Shown here: one piece after another, positions 58,040-64,000 of the stretch
How positions within the stretch are numbered: the stretch's first letter is position 1
Layout of the letters: the number at the start of each line of letters is the position of its first letter
Assembly: GCA_963668315.1 (NCBI GenBank)
Contig: OY764216.1
Span: 5,152,001-5,216,000, forward strand
DNA length: 64,000 bases
Source: Spirochaetia bacterium
GTDB taxonomy: Bacteria; Spirochaetota; Spirochaetia; DSM-2461
Reading direction: 5' to 3'
Made by a program: the position numbers and the translations under genes
The notes under the pieces: generated by a model
The model's database searches: none
What the model was told of the DNA's origin: nothing
What the model saw: only the letters and a program-made list of their open reading frames with translations

Positions 58040-59068
58040 TCACTCTTCTATGAATCCGGCCAGTTCGACAAATCCCGCTTCATTATAAAATACCGCGAGC
58101 TGTCCCGGGGTCACCGCCCGCTTCGGCTCGTCAAAACGGATGACAAACCGGTCCCCTTCCCTTCGTTCGAGGACACAGGGCGCCGCCTTGTCCCGGTAGC
58201 GGATTTTCCCGTAGGTGCGGTAGGGAAGAACCGGATCCTCCACGGCTCCCCAGTTGACGGCCGATATGACCACGTCCCGGGTCATGAGGTCCTCGTCGGG
58301 TCCCACCACAACCCGGTTGTTCTCCCGGTCTATGGCGGTGACGTATACGGGATACCCGGCGGCTATATTCAGTCCCCGTCTCTGTCCCACCGTATACTGC
58401 TCGATACCCCTGTGCTCTCCCAGAACGCGGCCTTCCCGGTCAACGAACTCGCCCGGACCGACACCTTCCGAAATAAACTGCCGGTACTCCCCTACGCAGA
58501 GATCCTGACTCTCCCTCTTCCGGGCCGTAAAAAGCCCCGCCTCCTCGGCAATCTCCCGGACCTGGGGCTTTTCCATATCCCCCAGGGGGAAGATGACCCG
58601 GGAAAGCTGCTTCTGACTGAGGAGAGAAAGAAAGTAAGCCTGATCCTTATCTCCGTGAAGCCCTTTTCTGAGAAGGTAGCGGCCGGTAGACCCGTCCTTC
58701 TCCACATGGGCATAATGGCCGGTGGCAAAATAATCGCATCCCCCCGCCTGCTCCAGGGCTCTGTCCCAGAAAAGGCCGAATTTCAGCTCCCGGTTGCAGC
58801 GGACGCAGGGATTGGGAGTGCGCCCCATGGCGTAATCGGTTCTGATATATTCGACGATTCTTTCCCGGTAGGCATCGCGCATATCTATGTCATAATAGGG
58901 GATGCCCAATTTCTCCGCCACTTTCCCGGCGTCGTCTGAGCTGTCTCCGTCCACAAGGTGCATGTGAACGCCGATCACCCGGTATCCCTGCTGTTTTAAA
59001 AGAACAGCGGCCACCGATGAATCAACGCCGCCGGAGATTCCCACGGCAACGGTTTTATCTGTATTCAT
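58040..59068 (-). CDS. mnmA: tRNA-specific 2-thiouridylase
   Basis: SGGVDS, TPNPCVRCN, ATGHYA, KDQAYFL, ESQDLC, TVGQRRGL, VTPGQ. Confidence 0.97.
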   Translation of the reverse strand: MNTDKTVAVGISGGVDSSVAAVLLKQQGYRVIGVHMHLVDGDSSDDAGKVAEKLGIPYYDIDMRDAYRERIVEYIRTDYAMGRTPNPCVRCNRELKFGLFWDRALEQAGGCDYFATGHYAHVEKDGSTGRYLLRKGLHGDKDQAYFLSLLSQKQLSRVIFPLGDMEKPQVREIAEEAGLFTARKRESQDLCVGEYRQFISEGVGPGEFVDREGRVLGEHRGIEQYTVGQRRGLNIAAGYPVYVTAIDRENNRVVVGPDEDLMTRDVVISAVNWGAVEDPVLPYRTYGKIRYRDKAAPCVLERREGDRFVIRFDEPKRAVTPGQLAVFYNEAGFVELAGFIEE

Positions 59069-59138
59069 GTACTATTCCTTGTAATAAGTAAAATAACTAT
59101 CATAATTATAGGGTTTTTACTCCCCTTTGTCATTATCT

Positions 59139-59963
59139 TCAGGGATAGGGATCATCGGGAACCCGCAGAATCTCACCCGGGACAAGGGAAGAGCCGGGAT
59201 TGGCCTCTTCGAGAGCATCGGCCAGACCGGGAGTATCGTAGATGAGCCAGGAGATGTACTCCCAGCTGTCCCCTTCCCTCACTTCGTAAACCCTAGGCGA
59301 CTTTCCCGGGATATTTCTCTCCGTCCTGTCGTAATCGGGAATAAAGAGGACGCCCGTATCCCTCAGGACTTCGACGCTCCGGTAAATAACATCCACCGCA
59401 AGATTATCCGCCGTGTCGACCTTGCGCCCGTAGGGGACCGCCACATCCCTGTGCCGGGTAAAGCGTGAGGAGGGAATGTCATAGGCGGCGGAAAGCCGGG
59501 CCATCAGTATGATCAGTGAGGTAATCTGTTCCCGGGGAAAGGCCTCGCTCTTATCGCCGATATTGCACAGTTCTATCCCTATGGATCTCTGATTGATATT
59601 CACATCCCCCTCGAAGCAGGCGTTTCCCGCATGCCACGCCCTCATCCCGTCTTCCACGGATCTGATGAGGGAACCGTCCCTGTCTATGATGTAGTGGACG
59701 CTGGCCTGGGCCTCGGGACGCTGAAAGAAACGGGCGATCTGCCGGGCATCCGCCGTACTTCCCGTATGATGGAGGACGATCATATCGATGGCCTGCCCCT
59801 CCCGGGATTCGCAGTTCTCCGTCAGGATCTCCGTGACGGGCAGAGAGTCAGACCGATCCGCATCATCGCCCATCCGGCAGGATGACACTCCGGAAACAAG
59901 GATTGAACAAGAGAGGAAAAGAGATAAAAAATAAATGAACCGGTATTGCCCTTTTTCTTTCAT
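59139..59963 (-). CDS. N-acetylmuramoyl-L-alanine amidase (Amidase_2) with LysM, probable lipoprotein
   Basis: IVLHHT, SVHY, AWHAG, SIGIE, RH.D; C-terminal YEVREGDS...PGEILRVP. Confidence 0.92.
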   Translation of the reverse strand: MKEKGQYRFIYFLSLFLSCSILVSGVSSCRMGDDADRSDSLPVTEILTENCESREGQAIDMIVLHHTGSTADARQIARFFQRPEAQASVHYIIDRDGSLIRSVEDGMRAWHAGNACFEGDVNINQRSIGIELCNIGDKSEAFPREQITSLIILMARLSAAYDIPSSRFTRHRDVAVPYGRKVDTADNLAVDVIYRSVEVLRDTGVLFIPDYDRTERNIPGKSPRVYEVREGDSWEYISWLIYDTPGLADALEEANPGSSLVPGEILRVPDDPYP

Positions 59964-60047
59964 GGTGGTATTAATGAACAGTTATATCTTATGACTTCCG
60001 ATCAATCGGTGTCAATGGAAAGATAAGGTTCCCGGAGAAGTAAATTT

Positions 60048-60161
60048 ATGAATAAAATTCTGTGTATAGCCGTTCTTATCGCGTTATCTCTTATTATTGC
60101 CTGCAGCAATCCCGTTGATCCCGCCCCGGACAGCGAAGCCTATGACTATATAACCGGCTAA
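60048..60161 (+). CDS. 37-aa small lipoprotein (not in the ORF track)
   Basis: GGAGA RBS; MNKILCIAVLIALSLIIA-CSNPVDPAPDSEAYDYITG*. Confidence 0.7.
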   Translation: MNKILCIAVLIALSLIIACSNPVDPAPDSEAYDYITG

Positions 60162-60181
60162 ACTGCCGGCCTGCCGATCCC

Positions 60182-60991
60182 GTGACACCTCAAACAGTCT
60201 CCCTCTGCGAATCGGTATTTCTTCTCCTCATCGCTCTTTCCCTAAGTCTTTACTGGCTTTTTCTTTACGGAATAATGCCTCTCTTCCGGGAAAACGGAAC
60301 CGCCCGCTATACCCTGCCCCGGCTGTTCGCCCTGCTTCTGTTCCTTTTCCTCTCCTTTGAATTCTCCGCCCAGGTCTCCTACCTGCCGTCTATCCTCTCC
60401 CTGAGAAACAGCAATCCCCTCTCCACGTCCCTTATGCGATTCAGAGGCAGCCCTCCGAAGAGGGAAGAAGATTTTGTCCCTCTGGCCCGTATTTCCGACT
60501 CCCTGAAAGAGGGAGTCATAATCTGCGAAGACAACGGCTTCTACCGTCACAAGGGTTTCGATCCGGGCAGCATAAAATTCGCCTTTGTCCAGAACCTGAA
60601 GCACAGGGCCATTGTATACGGGGGAAGCACGATAACCCAGCAGCTGGCCCGGACCATGTATTTAACTCCCCGGAAGACCCTCTACAGAAAATACCGGGAA
60701 CTATTCCTGGCGGTAACCATGGAGGTCTTTCTCTCCAAAGACAGGATTCTGGAACTCTATTTCAACTACGCCGAATGGGGCCCCGATGTTTACGGAATAG
60801 GCGGCGCCTCCCGGTATCACTTTCATAAAGACGCGGCGGATTTAACCCTGGAGGAAGAGGCGGCTCTTATCTCGATTCTGCCCAATCCCCTGAAGTGGGA
60901 CACGGACAGCTTTCGACAAAATGAACTTCTGGTAAGGCGCTGGTTCAAAATTTGCTCCTATTACGGCATAGAAATACTCCCCGAGTTCTGA
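60182..60991 (+). CDS. mtgA: Monofunctional peptidoglycan transglycosylase (GT51); start uncertain
   Basis: EDNGFYRHKGFD, GGSTITQQLAR, RKYRE, KDRILELYFN, LPNP. Confidence 0.9.
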   Translation: MTPQTVSLCESVFLLLIALSLSLYWLFLYGIMPLFRENGTARYTLPRLFALLLFLFLSFEFSAQVSYLPSILSLRNSNPLSTSLMRFRGSPPKREEDFVPLARISDSLKEGVIICEDNGFYRHKGFDPGSIKFAFVQNLKHRAIVYGGSTITQQLARTMYLTPRKTLYRKYRELFLAVTMEVFLSKDRILELYFNYAEWGPDVYGIGGASRYHFHKDAADLTLEEEAALISILPNPLKWDTDSFRQNELLVRRWFKICSYYGIEILPEF

Positions 60992-61033
60992 TATCTTACT
61001 CATAACGCCACGCGGCAAGGAGACGATTTTTTT

Positions 61034-63685
61034 ATGAAAAAGATACTGTCCATTCCCCTTATCATTCTGGGAAGCCTTTTGGGGCTTATCCTTGTTCTTT
61101 CGGGGATACTCTTTGCTTCTGCGTCCCTGAACCGGGAGGAATCGTCGGATTTCTTCTCTCCCGACCATACGCTCAGGATAGAAGTGGATTCGGTCAGCGG
61201 CCTTATCGGCACGCTCACCGAGTGGGAAGGGGCAAGCATTTTTCTCGAAGAGCCGGAAATGGCCGGAGCTTACGAGTCGTTCATAGAGTGGAAAAACAAT
61301 CCCCTGAGGGAGAGCCGGCTTATCAAGGCCCTTCTGGCGCTCAAGGCGGATATTCTTTTCGACGACCAGTTCAAGCCGCTCATCCTTATCGATCTGGGAT
61401 GGCGCTCCTCGCCGGTCAGGGCCGTTCTCAAATGGGAATCTCTCCGGCACGGCTCCCCCCTGGCGGTTGAATCAAGATACCGGGGCGACGCGGCCTACCG
61501 GCAGATTACCCTGCCCCCTGAGGACGGGGATACCGAGGGAGCCCAGCAGCTCTACCTGGGGATTCGAGGCAACATCCTTATTCTGAGCCCCTCCGAGCCG
61601 TTCCTGGCCGGGACTCTCCAATCGGCCCCTTTTCCCGTCAGGGATTCGCTGAACTACTCCTTTGACCGCCGGCCGGATCTGAAGATCCATCTGAACACCG
61701 ATCGGCTGCTGGAAAAATTCAGCCTTGATTTTCCCGGTCTGGACCTTTTGAGCGGCCAGCTTCCCTTTCATGAGGAGACGCTTCTGGCCGCTTACCTGGA
61801 GGAGGACCAGCTCACCCTGGAAGGTTATGTCCCCGTCAGCAGCGACTCCCCGGTTATGACCGATTTTCTGAGCGCCGATCCCGGGGAGCTGCGTGTTCCC
61901 CGGAAGCTGCCTCTTTCGGTGAACATACTGTCCGGTTACCGTTACGGAGACTTCTCCTCTTTCCTGTCATGGCTGAATCTTTTTCTTCCCGAGGAGAAGC
62001 AGTTTAATCCCGAAGACTACCGGGGCATAACGAAAACCCTCCTGGGGCTCATGCCCGAGGATATCACCGGCTGGATTGGAGAGGAAGCGGGAGCCTTCTC
62101 TCTGGAAGGCTACAGCAGCAGCCCGGTATATTTTGTCGAGATCAGGGATCAGAAAGCCCTGAGCCTTCTCTTTGAAGCCCTGAAGAAAAGCCTTTTCATC
62201 AAGGCTCAGGATAATCTCCTTATGGATGATACCAGGATCACCCGCCTCTCCCTTCCCGGCCCCCTGAAACTTCTGACCGAACGCTTCACAGGCCCCCTGG
62301 AAACACCCTTCATCATCAACCGGGAAGGATATCTTTTCCTGTCCCACGATCCGGAAACCCTGGCTTACCTCTCCCGGGAACTGGGAGGCAGGGATACTCT
62401 TGCCTCCACCGATTCCTTTAAGAAAGCCAGCGGCCAGCTGCCGGAAAAGAGCCCCCTTCTCTTTTATTATGACCTCAATTCCGCCATGCCGCGGGTTCTT
62501 CTGCAGGATAATCCCCTTTCCAAGCTGATCCGCCTTTACGAAAAGGGCCATTTCTATGTTACCTACCACAGGGATGAAATCCGGTTTCAGTTCCACGGCG
62601 TTAAAACACCGCCCCGCCAGTCCGGTCCCTTCCCCGGTTTCCCCCTGGATACGGGAGAAAATATCATGACCCCCGTCCTTACCGGAGATCTGGGGGAAAG
62701 CCGGCTTCCCGAATTTGCCTTTCTCAACAAGGAAGGGGAACTGATCATAACGAATTTTCTGGGAACGCCCCAGTCGCGCACCCTTATGCCGGAAGGGACC
62801 TCCCTTCTGGAAATGACCAGGGGGGAGGGAGTTCTCACCTTCGGGAGGAACGGATTTCTCACGGTCCCCTTGGAAGGCCTGGGTTTATCCCGGGAGGAGA
62901 CACCCTTTCCCTGGAGCTGGACCTTCGACCCCGTCCCCTTCGGCAGAAAATATCTTCTCTTCCGACGCGATGAGGGGCAGCTCTATCTGATATCTCCCGC
63001 TGAGACAGAACCTTTCGGCCCGCCCTTTTCCAAAACGGTTCTGAATGAGCCGGACAGCCTGAAAGGAAAGTTCGTCGCCCTCTATCCGAAAGATCTCTTC
63101 GGAACCCTTTATGTCCTGAATTCCCAGGGTTCTCCCCTTCCCGGATGGCCCCGGCAGGGAGGGGCCATATCCCTGAGCGGGCCCCGTTTCCTGGAAGACG
63201 ACGGGGAAGACTATCTGCTCTATCTGAGTCAGAAGGGAACCCTGGATATCAGGGGCATGGACGGCCAGCCCGCCGTTTCCCCCATCGATATGGGAGAGAG
63301 CTACCTGTCCCCGCCCGTGGCCATGAAGGACGGCCGCAAGGGGCTCATCGCCCTTCTGAGCGAGAAGGGCAGGATCAGTCTGCTGGATGGAAAGGGCAAC
63401 ATTCTGAGGGAGGAGAAACTCCGCCTGCCCCGGAGCGAAGAGGTTTGCCTCCTTGCCTATGACATAGAGGGAGACGGCCGGGATGAGCTCTTCCTCCACT
63501 CCGCGGGAAACCGCATCTTCGGATGGGATTCGACCCTTACGCCCCTCTCCGGCTTTCCCCTGGACGGTCATTACCGGCCGGTCTTTACCGATCTGGACGG
63601 CGACGGCACTCCGGAAATGATAAGCGGAGGGGTGGATAAAAAGATATACGCCTATAGCCTGAGAAATCTGAAAAAGGATGAATAG
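61034..63685 (+). CDS. Large membrane-anchored protein with C-terminal FG-GAP-like beta-propeller
   Basis: N-terminal TM, PGFP/PGWP repeats, DIEGDGRDE and DLDGDGTPE motifs. Confidence 0.75.
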   Translation: MKKILSIPLIILGSLLGLILVLSGILFASASLNREESSDFFSPDHTLRIEVDSVSGLIGTLTEWEGASIFLEEPEMAGAYESFIEWKNNPLRESRLIKALLALKADILFDDQFKPLILIDLGWRSSPVRAVLKWESLRHGSPLAVESRYRGDAAYRQITLPPEDGDTEGAQQLYLGIRGNILILSPSEPFLAGTLQSAPFPVRDSLNYSFDRRPDLKIHLNTDRLLEKFSLDFPGLDLLSGQLPFHEETLLAAYLEEDQLTLEGYVPVSSDSPVMTDFLSADPGELRVPRKLPLSVNILSGYRYGDFSSFLSWLNLFLPEEKQFNPEDYRGITKTLLGLMPEDITGWIGEEAGAFSLEGYSSSPVYFVEIRDQKALSLLFEALKKSLFIKAQDNLLMDDTRITRLSLPGPLKLLTERFTGPLETPFIINREGYLFLSHDPETLAYLSRELGGRDTLASTDSFKKASGQLPEKSPLLFYYDLNSAMPRVLLQDNPLSKLIRLYEKGHFYVTYHRDEIRFQFHGVKTPPRQSGPFPGFPLDTGENIMTPVLTGDLGESRLPEFAFLNKEGELIITNFLGTPQSRTLMPEGTSLLEMTRGEGVLTFGRNGFLTVPLEGLGLSREETPFPWSWTFDPVPFGRKYLLFRRDEGQLYLISPAETEPFGPPFSKTVLNEPDSLKGKFVALYPKDLFGTLYVLNSQGSPLPGWPRQGGAISLSGPRFLEDDGEDYLLYLSQKGTLDIRGMDGQPAVSPIDMGESYLSPPVAMKDGRKGLIALLSEKGRISLLDGKGNILREEKLRLPRSEEVCLLAYDIEGDGRDELFLHSAGNRIFGWDSTLTPLSGFPLDGHYRPVFTDLDGDGTPEMISGGVDKKIYAYSLRNLKKDE

Positions 63686-64000
63686 ATGAGATTTTCCTTT
63701 CTTTTGCTGACCTTACTGACCCTGTTTTCCTGCTCGACACTGACGGATAACGTGGTATCCTCCATCGATGAGGAATCGATGAGAAAAACCGAAGCCCTCT
63801 ACCATGAGCTGCTCCGCACCTATCTGGACCTTCCCCTGATGAGCACCAGAGACGGGGTGGAAAAGGAACTGGCCCTGCTCCGGGACAGGGAGACCTACAA
63901 TAAGGATTTCGAGGCACGGGTCCTGGGCCTCAACGCCCTCTGGTCCCTTCTGGAAGGGAAGGAGAGCAGAGCCCGCGGTTATCTGGACGCGCTGGAAAAA
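63686..64000 (+). CDS. Lipoprotein, partial (runs off the window end)
   Basis: MRFSFLLLTLLTLFSCSTL..., frame open to 64000, starts right after the upstream TAG. Confidence 0.7.
   Translation, partial: MRFSFLLLTLLTLFSCSTLTDNVVSSIDEESMRKTEALYHELLRTYLDLPLMSTRDGVEKELALLRDRETYNKDFEARVLGLNALWSLLEGKESRARGYLDALEK

Noticed and set aside
1..64000. CRISPR arrays, tRNA/rRNA, IS elements, integron, prophage, reverse transcriptase
   Set aside because: No repeat-spacer periodicity, no cloverleaf or rRNA signature in the short intergenic gaps, and no transposase, integrase, RT or phage motifs seen by eye.

Overview
A 64-kb, gene-dense, moderately GC-rich chromosomal segment from an anaerobic bacterium, most likely a free-living spirochaete. 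That placement is an inference from the lolA-rodZ-rimO block, FapA, spirochaete-style lipoproteins and a small beta-barrel-like outer-membrane protein. Content is mostly housekeeping and metabolic: sugar use (GH3, GH63-like, galM, LacI-araD-araA), oxidative stress (rubrerythrin-PerR, AhpC, thioredoxin/CcdA), fermentation (pflB-pflA), DNA/RNA maintenance (UvrD/PcrA, RmuC, MazG, MnmA, RimO), PtsP and peptidoglycan enzymes. I found no rRNA, tRNA, CRISPR array, transposase, integrase or phage gene. Best candidates for uncharacterised biology: (1) a permease-less, apparently cytoplasmic binding-protein + Cys-rich G3E GTPase + ABC ATPase operon next to mnmA; (2) a putative ~82-nt sRNA divergent from a LysR gene, with its own promoter, LysR box, terminator and an anti-RBS seed; (3) an ECF sigma/anti-sigma operon with two tandem mini-MotA-like paralogues and no MotB partner; (4) a recurring leaderless-mRNA promoter layout; (5) an ArgP/LysG-type regulator divergent from pflB instead of lysE; (6) a GH3 with Glu-to-Gln at the predicted acid/base site. 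All calls come from reading motifs by eye; no database searches were run.
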